Assembly (NCBI GenBank): GCA_000165425.1
Contig: CT868629.1
Span: 186,001 to 250,000 of the forward strand
Length of the DNA: 64,000 nucleotides
DNA from: Paramecium tetraurelia
Lineage: Eukaryota
Direction of reading: 5' to 3'
Positions 1 to 12,840 of the stretch are shown piece after piece. The notes under the pieces are model-generated. The model ran no database searches. It worked only from the letters and a program-made list of their open reading frames with translations, and had not been told where the DNA came from. A program made the position numbers and the translations under genes. Every line of letters starts with the position of its first letter. Positions within the stretch are counted from its first letter, which is position 1.

Positions 1-280
1 TTTGCATTGATGACTTTTTAGAATGTTTATATTTTCCATTCAATTCAACAGCCAATTTAACAAACACCTGTTTAATTTAAGTGATTTTACTATTAATTTA
101 TAAGACTAATTAGTACTCATAAACTTCATCAAATTTAGCTTGCAAATCTGCGTTGGCTTATTCTCAATTCTTTTTCATGATTTCATAATCTTATTGAAGT
201 TGAACTATATCTTTATCGAGTGGTTTGAGATTGGCTGTTAATTTAAATGTATTTTTAGTTAGTGCTGCTATGGTCTCCAT
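1..280 (-). CDS. Hypothetical protein, 5' part (runs off the window), with an in-frame TGA at 164-166; possible pseudogene or base-call error
   Basis: Code-6 translation from ATG 280: METIAALTKNTFKLTANLKPLDKDIVQLQQDYEIMKKN*EQANADLQAKFDEVYE...; the same frame stays open to position 1. Confidence 0.5.
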
Positions 281-314
281 TACGAATATTATAAATATCA
301 ATAATCATTATGTT

Positions 315-1773
315 TCATTTTAATATCAAATATGCAAAAATAATTAACAGAATAACAAGAGAAGTGATTACACCATATTACAATATATCTTCTGTATCAT
401 TAACCAAAGGTTCAAAATGATCAAGTTTTGTTAATATGGTTTCTTTTGTTTAGATAGGAGAATCTAAATCAGTTTCTCCTAGTTGCATTAAACGAGCTCT
501 TGGCAGAATCTACATTTAAATTAATTCCATTTTGGATGCTGAAAAAGAAGAATAATTTTTTGTTAAGCCAAAAGTCCTTTATTTTAGAATGTCTAATTTA
601 GGTACTATCTCATCATCACTGGGTTAACCTAAATATCCTTGATCAAATTCATATTGCTTTTCTGAAGATTTTAACAGATTGCTGATATCCCAAAGGTATT
701 TATCATTCAGTTCTTATTATGAATATTAAACAAAATTTGGATTTTTCGAAAATCTACTTATTGCTAATTTTAAAGTGTTGTGGCATTCCTCTGGGTCAGC
801 ATTTTGATATGTCATAATCAAATAATAGCATTCTATAAAATAAAGTAAAAATAAGTACAATCAATTTTATGATACTTACCATGCCATTCTGCTTTGGAAT
901 TGATTTTTTAAAATATTTTCTAATTTTACTCAGGTTATTTGGAATTTATCATTAATAACTTCTCTATATTATTGATTGATTGCGAAAATGCTGATTTGGA
1001 TCCTCTTTTAAGTTAGAATATGATTTTTTATTATTTGACACTAAAGATAGCAAATCCTCTATAGACTCCAAACTCAAGATATTCCTTATCTACAGTTTAG
1101 ATCTGAATAAGTTCTTTCTATTAATTAGGATTTTATATTTACAGTGTCATTTTTTGATTGTTATAATTAAATATTTGATCTGAATATGCTTGGAGGATTT
1201 GACCTTATTTTATGATGTAGTTATACTTAATAGGATTAATACTCAAAATCTTGCTACCAGCTTATTCATCATCTGAAGGATTACCCATTATGCCATCTTT
1301 TTCAATGTATTCATTTTCTAATTTGTCTATCAGTTTCCTCATTTCTGCTCTTTTTAGTTGATCCAATTATTCAGAAGTTAACTATTTATGTTTAAATCTT
1401 TACGTGGTAGTAATTGGGTATGGATGAGACTAATTTAATTAATTGATTTAAGGCATCATTTACTAATTAGATATTGGTTTGAGGAAAGAGCATGAATATG
1501 AAATAACACTCTATAAAATGGTTAGACTTGATTACTTTATGGTTAATCTAAGATTCCGAACCATTCTGAATAGGCATTCTTATAACTTAGTTCTAAGGAA
1601 TGAGTAGAGAAACAAAGTTCAGCTTAATTTCTGATGTCTTGATAAGAGGATTCATAAGACTTGTTGCATCGTCGCTTTTAAATGTGAGTGAATTCTTATC
1701 TATCACAGTTAAAAATGGCAAAGCAACGATAGACTTTACCTCTATTTTTGTTATTTTCCCTGATTACGCTCAT
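315..1773 (-). CDS. Tail-anchored membrane protein with two tandem longin-like domains
   Basis: Repeats VYRCFAIF..EWFG..CYFIF and VYRGFAIF..EWHG..CYYLI; four tiny introns (e.g. 1511-1535, 833-858); C-terminal TM YGVITSLVILLIIFAYLILK then TGA 315-317. The longin call is inferred from the pattern. Confidence 0.7.
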
Positions 1774-1937
1774 TGAATTATTATTAATGTGAAACATTTT
1801 AACAGGCATCAATTTATTTATATGGTAAAATTCATGATTTAGGACTTTAATCAAAGAAAGATCAAAACATTATACTCTCCCTTGATTTAGAATGATTTAA
1901 GAAAATATATTTATTATATATATACTTAAGCTTGAGT

Positions 1938-3089
1938 TCAAATGTTGTGTATTCTTTACTTGAATTAGTGTTCTTGAGTCATGGATCTTAATTGATTCTT
2001 CAAACCTTGCGTGTTCTATACCTTGTTCATATCTAAGTATTGATGGGGGTTATTCAAGGCGTCCATGATGAATTTGTCCCACATTGAATTTGGAATCTTT
2101 CTTTGAAGCATCTCCTTATGGAGTATACACAAAGGTATTTTTTGAGATGGGTGACTATTGGATAATTTGGTTTTCTACGCTAAACATTTAGAATAGAATA
2201 TCCTTTATTGCTAACTATATTGATTAGAGTTATTAAGATCACTATCATTTTGATTGGCTTCACTTTCATCAAATTAGGACGTTGATATCTTCGTCAAAAT
2301 TTCACTTTTCATATCATGCAATTAATTTCTATCTTAACTACCAGAGAATTTAGTTATAATTGTGGGTCTTCCATATGGGGAATTCTAAAATTATGATGAA
2401 GGAGGCAATTGCGAATTTCTACTCTATTCAGATGGTTATTAAAAGCGATATGTAGATAACTATTATGCACTGCCATAACTACTGTAATTGTTGCTTACTT
2501 AATTACTACTAATTTAATTGTTGTTATTGATATTATTGTAATTGGGCTTTGGAATATCAACTCGGGGAGTGCGTATCTCCTTTTCTAATTAAGTTTGCTT
2601 TTACAATCCCAAAGAATGCAATCTTTCTAGATATAATGCGATAGCTAAGGAACCACGGTAAGATTCTGTCATTGTTCTTAACTCTTAATTTAAATCCTAC
2701 AGCTTTCTTAATTCAATTTAATTTGTGTTTTGGATTGTCTATATTTGCTCACACATTTCGTCTGCTCTGATTAAATACTTTTTAATTTCTTATTTCGATT
2801 CTTTTGAATTTAATTGTTAAATTGAATCTCTCAGCTTTGAAATCTTGAAATTTATTTCATCTAGAATCCTATTCGATTTTAGTACTGCCGTTACACTCTT
2901 TGAAACGCTTAAACATTTCATTGTGTGTTGATCGATCTCATTTATAGGTATTAAATTCTCGCAATTCATACAAGGAACTGAATACATGGCTGGTGGAGCG
3001 GTCTTTGGCCCTCTATTTTGTTAAATAAAATTCTTAGCACTCTAACTATTCTGATTGGCTGATCTTTAAGAAAAATAATCAGTTTGCAT
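1938..3089 (-). CDS. Hypothetical protein (383 aa) with an N-terminal C2HC zinc-finger-like motif, coiled coil and N/Q/S-rich linker
   Basis: Single-exon code-6 ORF of 1152 nt, MQTDYFSQRS...VPCMNCENLIPINEIDQHTMKC...RIHNI*. Confidence 0.8.
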
Positions 3090-3119
3090 TATATTAATTT
3101 TTATATATATGCATAACAA

Positions 3120-3923
<804 letters not shown>

Positions 3924-4226
3924 TAATTATATCAATTAAGTATTTTGTTCAAAGAAATTCTTAAACACTTTTGATAAGAATTAAGTAATTCAATCAAAGC
4001 CATCAGTCTGACTTATAAATTGTCAAATTGTGATATATTAAAGGTGAAATTAATTTAAATTTGCAAGATTATCTGTTATTGTCAAAGCTTCAATCATATT
4101 TTAATATTCAAGAATTCATAAATGGTAAACACAACGATTTAACAAATATTTGGTTTGATCTTGAATGTATAAAATACAAAAACAAAAACAAAAATTAATA
4201 TATATTTATATTTTCAATTTACTAAT

Positions 4227-5009
4227 ATGACATAAAAATTATCAAAAATAAGATTCCAAGTGCAACATTAACACAATTTGTAATCAGCAGTATTAGACAG
4301 GAAACCAATCAACTAAAAGTTTGAGTTAGAATGTGTTAAAATACAAGAACTGTTGACAAATAAAAAAATAGAAATTTGAAATAGTGGAATAGTGATAATC
4401 ACAAATTAAGGGTAATTGAAGGCAACATAATTTAATTAGTATATGAAGTAGATTATGTTCTAATTAGATCTTGAGAAATAGAATCCAACAAACATTCAAT
4501 TTTATTCATAATTAAAATGAAAACAATAACAAAAGAAAAGAAAGAGAATAAATATCTATAATTTACATGTTTTGCCAAATCATGAGAAGGCATTTTATTA
4601 AGGAAATTGTATACCTAGATTAGAATCATATTTTGGAAGCACCTAGAAATATTTAGAAAGCATAGATGAAATATAAGGTTCTATTGAATGTTATAATAAA
4701 CTTGTTGAGTAAGAAAAAAGAAGCTTCATACGATTGCTTTCCTATTAGCTTTCCTATTAAAGTAGATGTCCACTTTTAAATGTAATAATTTTCAATCTGA
4801 TTTGTTTGAAGTTAGATACCCATAATTTACTTTGCATGACATGTAATTAAATGTTCCAAGTTGTTAATAATTCAGATTTCAAACATATATAGCCAAATTT
4901 CTTGTTTGCTTATATTATTATGAATTACTTTTAGAATTAGATAATGTAGTATTTGCTTATGATGAGAATTGGAGAGTAATTTAGACTGACCCTTTTTAAA
5001 AAATCCTGA
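4227..5009 (+). pseudogene. Possible decayed gene (TPR-like relic) upstream of Piwi
   Basis: Frame from ATG 4227 is broken by TGA at 4377 and 4518, then open to TGA 5007-5009; it contains LPNHEKAFYQG...LESIDEIQGSIECYNKLVEQ, resembling a TPR. Confidence 0.3.
4736..4759. repeat. Perfect 12-bp tandem duplication GCTTTCCTATTA x2
   Basis: Read directly from the sequence. Confidence 0.85.
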
Positions 5010-5054
5010 ATAAGATTTCGCTATTTGGGGTGCAAGGATACAAATAAATTAATT

Positions 5055-7484
5055 ATGTAAAAAATTAGTGATTTACCAAAGAGACCTGCAAGATCATAAA
5101 GGTTGGAACAAATAAGCAGACGTATAAATCTGATTTCAAATCATTTTCCAATGAAGTTTATTTAGTAAAATCAAGCGATTAATATTTACGCAGTCGAGTT
5201 TGATCCACCAATAGCAGATGATGCTAGAAAATTGAGAGATGAAATAGTTAGATTGGCAACTAAAGATCTTTAAATATAGGGATTATAAGAGTTCACAGTA
5301 ATAAATTTTAAGATGATTTTAGTTAAGAGGCAAGAATATTTGGTCATCTTTCAATGTTAAGGATCGTTTGATAGCCAAAGCATCATTCTAAGAGTTAGAA
5401 TATGTAGTTATAGCATAACACAAGAAGGAGTATACATTGTCAGACCTTTCAGAAACAACAACGAATCCAGTCACACAATCAATAAATGTAGCAGTTAAGA
5501 GATCTTTAAAGGAGATGGGTATGATAGAAATTGGTAGGTAATCTAAATTTTATGATCCAAAAAATATTGAATGCAATAGAGTATATCTATGATTTATAAA
5601 TTAGATTAATGAACATGGATTAAAAGTATGGAGAGGAGTTAAGACATCCTTCTAGTTCTACCAAGGCATGCCATTTCTTTAAATTGATTTTGCATCCAGA
5701 GTTCTTAGAGATCAGAATGCCTTAGAATTCATGTTAAGTCTCAACTCTAGAAATATTTAAGATATCAAAAATGAAATGATTGGATTAAGTGTATTGGCAG
5801 CCTATGGGAATTGCAGAATTTATAAAATAGATGACATTGATTTCAGTCTTTCTCCTGTGCATTCATTCTAATTGTAAGATGGAAAGTCTATCACTTATTA
5901 AGAATACTACAAACAAAGATATAATATTTAAATCAAAGATCTCTAACAACCTCTTTTAGTATTCAAAGATAAAAGAAATCAAGATAAAATATCCTATTTA
6001 GTTCCTGAGTTATTGACTATGACAGGTTTGACTGATCGTTAAAGATGTGACTAGAGATGCATGCAAAGTGTTGCTAAATATACTAAATTGACACCTCAAC
6101 AAAGAGATGATGAGATATATGGGTTCTATCAGAAATTAAAAAAGTAACTTAGTAAATAGAATATTCAATTGAGTGATGATCAGAATGTCTGTGGATTTCA
6201 ACTTCAAGCACCTCTAATATATATGGGTAATAAAGAATACTAAACTGATCAAAGTGGATTCTTCATGATCAAAGATCCTGTATTTTAAGGATCTCACATT
6301 CAAGATTGGTTTATGGTTTACCATTCAAGAGGAAAGAATGATGATGACGATGTTGATTTTATAGTTTCGGAATTGTAAAAACAAGGAGAGAGAATCGGAA
6401 TCAGAATTGAGAAACCCTACTTTGTTATGCTTAAAGACAACAACATATAAAATTGGCTGTAGAGATTGACAGCTGAAATTGGAGACAAACCTCCATAATT
6501 GATAGTCACTTTTGTTAACGAAAGAGATAAAGATAGAATATATGGACATATCAAGAAGTACTGTTTTCAAGATCAAGGGATCAGTCATTAAAACATTCTA
6601 AGCAAATTCTTAAAAACCAAAAATCCTTCCAGCGTTGCTTCTAAAATAGCTTAATAAATGAGTATGAAATTAGGTAATCCTTTATGGGCCATCCCAAAAC
6701 CAAATGGCATTTCAGATAAAACTATGGTTGTTGGCATCGATATCTATCATAAATTATTAACCAATCGGAAATCTTGTATGGGATTTGTTGCCTATTTGGA
6801 ATCTGAGTGTTTAAATACATTTGCTAAACCAATCATTATGAGAGAAGGTTAGGAAATGTCTTAAGAAGTTGGAAGAGTGATTGTAGAAGCTATCTCTGCT
6901 TATTTTGAAAGGAATGGCAGAAAATATCTACCTGATACCATAATTGTATTTAGAGATGGTGTTGGAAATGCTTAAATTGAGGCACTTAAACAGACTGAAA
7001 TACAATAAATGAAGAATGCCATTAAGAGTATCAATAAGAATTACAATCCATAATTTGCTGTTATTATGATCAATAAGAAAATCAATGATCGTTTCTTCAT
7101 GGTCAATGGTGGTGGTGGGTAAAATCAGTAGAAATAGTAACTTTCTAATCCTCCTTCAGGAAGTGTCATCGCAGACAAGATAACATCCTCTAATTTTGAT
7201 TATTTCATCACTGCTCAATATGTTACTTAGGGTACTTGCACTCCCACTCATTATAGAGTTTTAGAGAACAATACAAATTGGAGTGAAGAATTGTTTTGGT
7301 AATTAACTTATTATCAATGCTTTAATTATTAGAATTGGACTGGAGCTGTCAGGTATTTATTCAATTAATATTATTTAGAGTACCATCCTGTGTGTAATAT
7401 GCCCATAAATTAGCTTATCTAATAGGAGACACTTATCAAGGGAACATTCATAAACGATTGGCACATCTATAATGTTGTCTATGA
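5055..7484 (+). CDS. PTIWI: Piwi-clade Argonaute (Ptiwi family) with N, PAZ, MID and PIWI domains and a catalytic DEDH tetrad
   Basis: MQKISDLPKRP..INLISNHF; PAZ (YKIDDIDF, EYYKQRYNIQIKDLQQPLL, YLVPEL); PIWI (KLGNPLW, VGIDIYH, GQE, FRDGVG, NPPSGSVI, QGTCTPTHY, NWTGAVRVPSCVQYAHKLA); introns 5298-5322, 5581-5604, 7353-7378. The paralog number cannot be assigned by eye. Confidence 0.96.
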
Positions 7485-7565
7485 CCATTTATTATTAATT
7501 TATATATATTATATAAATTAAATTTTATAAAACTTACTTTTTTAATATATAAATATTATCATAAA

Positions 7566-8588
7566 ATGAAGTAATATCAAAAAAGCTTTATTGGAAAACC
7601 AAGAGATAGAAATCTAATCGTTAGATCCACTCTCAAATTACCCTAAATTAGGTAAGACATCTCAAATCATTAGAGTATCGGAACCATGAATATTCCCAAT
7701 AGGTAATCAGAACATATTCCCAATTCACGCTTTCATACTAAAACTAATACTAGAGATACTATTAAGGCAGTTGTTAAGGAACGTCCCCATTTTAAACAAT
7801 TACCCACTGACAGAACTATGCCTACTCTACCATCGTTAAATTCTCCAAGGTCTGAAGATGAGGGAGAATAAACACATAAAAGTTTGTTTTCAATTAGGAG
7901 AACTGTTATTGATACTCTCTCATTGCGATAATCTCGAAGGACTAGTATGGAAAAGGAGAGAGCAAAGGAAGAAAAGAAAGAAGAAGATAGAGCTGATGCA
8001 AAACAACACAATAGGAACTCCAAAATATCTGAGGAATAATAATTACCAAATCAACAAAATTTGAAATTAAACAAATCAAATGAGGAACTCCTTCAAAATC
8101 ATTAGAATCTAGACGAAGTCTTAGAAGAACCAGTTGAAGAAATTAGACCAAAAAAGGAATCCTAATCAATTAGACCCAAAAATGAAAGTGTCTCTTCACA
8201 ATTCACCTAACTTACTGATGAAATACATTCAGTATGGGATAACGTTGATTTGTATTTGAGAGGAGTACAATTTGACGAATTTGATTAACAAGCTTAACTC
8301 CAATCATTTTTGCAACTCTACAAAATGAGAAGTGGAGGATTCCCTGTAAGTTACTCATGATTAAATAAGGGCTAAAGAGAGAACTTGTCTAACGAAGAAG
8401 TAATCAGGAGAGCTGCTGAATATGCTAAAGGCAACCGCCAAGTATTTAAGAAGTACTTCCCAACTAAACAAGTAGTGTTTGAAAATGACGAAGATTACAC
8501 ACAATCCTATAATGTTAATAGTGATGCTAATTTTTAAAAATTCTAAAAGTATATTCAGAAATATAATCAATAATAAGAAGAATAATGA
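7566..8588 (+). CDS. Hypothetical hydrophilic protein
   Basis: Open code-6 frame MKQYQKSFIGKPRDRN... with one 24-nt intron 8346-8369 and TGA at 8586-8588. Confidence 0.8.
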
Positions 8589-9520
8589 ATTATATCTCAT
8601 AATCATAATTAATAATATCAATTTATACTTCATAATGAGTACTCATTCAATTCCTTCACTTATAAATCTATCTTAAATCTGTCAATTATTTATCATTATT
8701 GTTAAATTTCATATTCAATCATTGAGAACTATTAAAAATTCTTAATCTTGAACAGAATTACCAAAATAAGGTGTTTCTGTTCTTTGAACACTAATTCTGA
8801 GGTTGGGAAGATAAATCTAAATCAAAAATAATTCCCTAAAATTTTTGAACAAAAATTAACCTAGTAGATCCCAAAAGAAAGTTATTTGAATAAAGAATGC
8901 CTTTATTAAGTTACAACTTAGGGGGCATTTTATTTAAAAGTTCTTTTTAAAAAATTCTGAAAATCAAATATCTTACATCCAAATATGAAAGTATTATCCT
9001 CTCATTTATTTGAGGTTGGTTTAAAATTGACTTCCTAAATTGATCCAAAAAACATGATATGGATTACTTTCGGAACTCAACCACATATAATTAATAAAAT
9101 TTGAACAATTTAGTTAATAAAGATTCAGGCCCATTTTTCAAGGATCACTTTCTTTTTATAGACACTACTCTACTAGAAATACAATACATTTTGCTAATAC
9201 ATTATTTTAATACTAAGTAATCTTCATGCCTAATGTTATTTATAAATAAAGAAATTGTTTTTGGTTTTAAATATTTTTAGAATATTTGAGCCAATATTCC
9301 TTTATATTAAGGTTATAGCCAATTCAATTTGTTTAGTGAAGTATATCTTCTTTATATCGATTTGAGAATATCTTTAAATATACTTATATTAAGGGGGAAT
9401 AGATTCCCAAATTAATACAAATAATATCAAATAAAATCGAATTTCTGAGAATCTTTAGCCTATAATTAAAAATTAATATCATTTATTAGAAATAGAATCA
9501 TATGCCAAATATTATTATAT

Positions 9521-12500
9521 ATGTTTGATTTTTCTGAAAGTTTAATTCGAAATAATTTTCAGGACAAAGAGTTCAAAGGCCCAATTAATCATCTGTTAAA
9601 TAAAAAGATAGCGTTTTAAGAAAGTGATAATTAGGGAAGAAGCATTAATACCTTTATGATCCCTGATAATATGATGCTATAAAACACTCCTCCTCTGACT
9701 CCTAAAAATGGAGATAAATATAAAACTATAGGACCAAGGTAGTCTGAATTTCAATCTGCCTATGAAATAGATGAAATTGAATCTGAGAAGGAGAGCAAAC
9801 CTTAATTTTTGAGATTAATCATAGCTAAAAGTTTACAAAACAATTTTATAAATAACCTTTGGAATAGATCATATCTAAGGAAACTGCATTAATTATCTAC
9901 TTATTAAATTGAATAATTAGATGATTTATAATTTGAGTAGGATGGATTTTCAAATATTGCTTATCCTAATTAGAGGTCCTTAATTCAATCTCTCGCTTTT
10001 TGGAACCTAATTGATGTATTTACCCCTTATAGCAAATTCATAGTGATTTGGGATGTGTTCCAAATTCTCACCTATATTATGATCTTCTTTTGGTTACCTT
10101 ACAAGATCTCTTTTGAAATATATTACATAAGTGAATTATTTGACGGGGATAGAGGCAGTAAGATTATAGAAATTGTGCTCCTCTCTATTTTGTCACTTGA
10201 TGTAGTGGTTGGACTCAATCTGGCATTTATTTACAAGGGATAAATCATCAAAGATAGAAAAAGAGTAATAATCAATTATTTTAACTAATATGCATTTGTA
10301 GATTTAGTAAATATTACATTTTATTTATGGTCTCATTATCCACTGTTTCAGCTTAGCTCTTTATTCCGTACCTAAGTTCGAAAGACAGCAATATGCTCAT
10401 CCTACAAATAGTGCTGGGTGCAATATTCTACATACTCAGAATAACAAAAATCAATAAGATTTTAGCATAAATCTAAGAGTAATCATAGTTTTATCTAGAT
10501 TTTTTAACCTCAATGGATCACTTAATGACATGGTTGGTCTCATGAAATTGCTTATGATAATAATATTTATAGCTCACATCTGTGGATGCACATGGCATGG
10601 GATAGCACATTACACAAGTAATTATACTTGGTTGGATGCTTACAACTTAAGAGAGAAAACAAATAGTACTAGATACAATTACTCAATATATTGGGCGACC
10701 ATGACAATGACAACTGTAGGTTATGGTGATATCACAGCTCAAAATAACCTGGAATTATTAATGAATAACATAACCATGTTTGTAGCCAGCATAGTTTTTG
10801 CTTATTCTGTTAATAGCATAGGAATATTCGTGTCTAATATGTACAAAGGAACAATGGAATACAGCAGGACAGTTACTTTGATTAATACCTTTATGTCTAA
10901 GAATAAAATTCAATTTGATTTACAGACAAGAATAAGAAGTTATTTAGAGTACATTTGGTAGGAAGAATAAGAAATGAATGACGATGAGGTTGGTTCAATT
11001 GTGAAAAAGTTGAGTAGACATCTCTAAGATGAATTATAATATCAATTGCGAGGTAACATTCTTAAGAATTGTAAAATCATTATGAAATTGTTTTCTGAAC
11101 AATTTCTCAAGAATCTCCTTTAATCTATGGAGGAATTGTCATTTAGTCCTGATGAAAGAATAATTACATGTAATTAAATAGACGATTGCTCGTTATATAT
11201 AATTACTAAAGGGGAAGTAGAGTTAATATTCTCAGGGAAAAATTAGTTAGGAGACATGATAAAGAGAAACTCGATCAAAATACTCAAGTAATATTAGTCT
11301 TTTGGAGAGGTTGCATTTTTTACTGGAAATCCTAGAACAGCTACTGCGATCTCTAAAGGATTTACAAGGGCGTTTAAAATAAAAAGAGAAAATTTTCTGG
11401 CTATTTTACAATAGTTTTCCCAAATGATTACGAAAAAAGTTTTGTGATGCAAGAGATAGATTAATTAACAATGAATTCTCTTCTCTATAATTAAATTGTT
11501 ATAGTTGCAATAGTAATAGACATCTTATAAATAATTGTCACATTTTGCATTTTTGTGCTGACCAAGAAAAGATACTCAAGAAAGAATTATTTCCAGTAGA
11601 ATAATAAAGAAGTCTTGCATTTAGCAGAGCAAAAAAAACTAAAGAGGTTTGTGCATTTACAATGTAGAAGTATTTTTCAGGAAGAGCTCATGATCTGATT
11701 TAGGATATGTACCAATAGGAAAAGGGTGGTACTGAAATTGAGGATGGTGATTCACATACAATGCCTATAAATGATGCATACGAAAATGATGATGAGGATG
11801 ATGACGGTAAATATATAATTGTAATTATTAGACTTACCATCTTCTATAAATCAACAAAGAAGTTACTCTGCAAGTCTGAGTAAGGTAAGTTCAAAATTAT
11901 AATAACAATAGTAATAACAATAACAATAATAAATTGAAGTGGAAGATTAAGAATTAGACAATAAAGGATATCATCGTAAATAATGTCCTCCGAGATAGAC
12001 TGTTTAGACAGCAGGATTTGGTTATAACTCAAAACATAAAGAAAGTATTATATTATACAAGTGTTATAGCTGTATGGAATGTAGAGAAATTGAGCGATTC
12101 CTAAAATTCATCAGAAGGGCAAGATCAAGTCATTCCTCTATCGTCGCATCCTTTATCAACATCTAATGAATTAATTAATAAATACTAATCATCAAAGAAA
12201 CTACTCTCAAGAAGTGGATCTGTAGATGATCCTTCTTACATTCATCCAGAAATTCGAAATTCTAAATAGTAAGTGCATTCAAAAAATCAATCCGATCTTG
12301 ATCGTCATACTGCAACAAGGGAACAACCTCGAAAAATAACATAAAGAACTAGAACACATAATGATGACCCAACTGTTATAACAGATAATCTGACATAAAA
12401 TAATGCATGTTAGTTATAGTTAGCTCCAACTATTACTACTATTTTCTAAGATTTTGATAAAATGAGCATCTTTTAGTATTATTAGCCTTTCAATAATTAT

Positions 12501-12778
12501 GATGCAGTAATAAAAAGGTATCGAATATCAATTATTCATTAAGATATACAAGGGCATAAAAATTCTTTGGTAAAAAGAGATTATATCCTGAAAGTTCTCT
12601 TTATTCATTTTACTTTATGGCAATAAAGAAAGGATTTAAATTGAGAAAATTAGGACAATAATCTCCCATTGGATTACAACGATTCGCTTGTGGTTTTAAA
12701 TTAATAAAAAGATAACCAAAAAGAATGAGATAGCCTACATTAGCGGAATAAAGTGAAATTTTGTTTTAAATTAAATGA
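9521..12778 (+). CDS. Cyclic-nucleotide-binding-domain K+ channel (KCNH/HCN-like), apparently disrupted
   Basis: S1 IWDVFQI, pore YWATMTMTTVGYGDIT, C-linker RIRSYLEYIW, CNBD FGEVAFFTGNPRTATA; first intron 10307-10329 ends in TG and frameshifts occur at about 11415-11445. Confidence 0.9.
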
Positions 12779-12840
12779 ATATCTAATTTATAATTATATC
12801 ATCTCTTATCAACATCGAATGACATAAATCCCAGCTAAGG

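Noticed and set aside
1621..1680. Suspected frameshift in the tandem-longin gene
   Set aside because: Careful re-reading gives a continuous frame (KSYESSYQDIRNQAE).
8589..9520. Long spacers (also 26234-27146, 48379-48993, 51836-52535, 57608-58371) as genes, tRNAs or transposons
   Set aside because: No convincing ORF, cloverleaf, terminal repeats or transposase motif was recognisable by eye; they may be old pseudogene relics.
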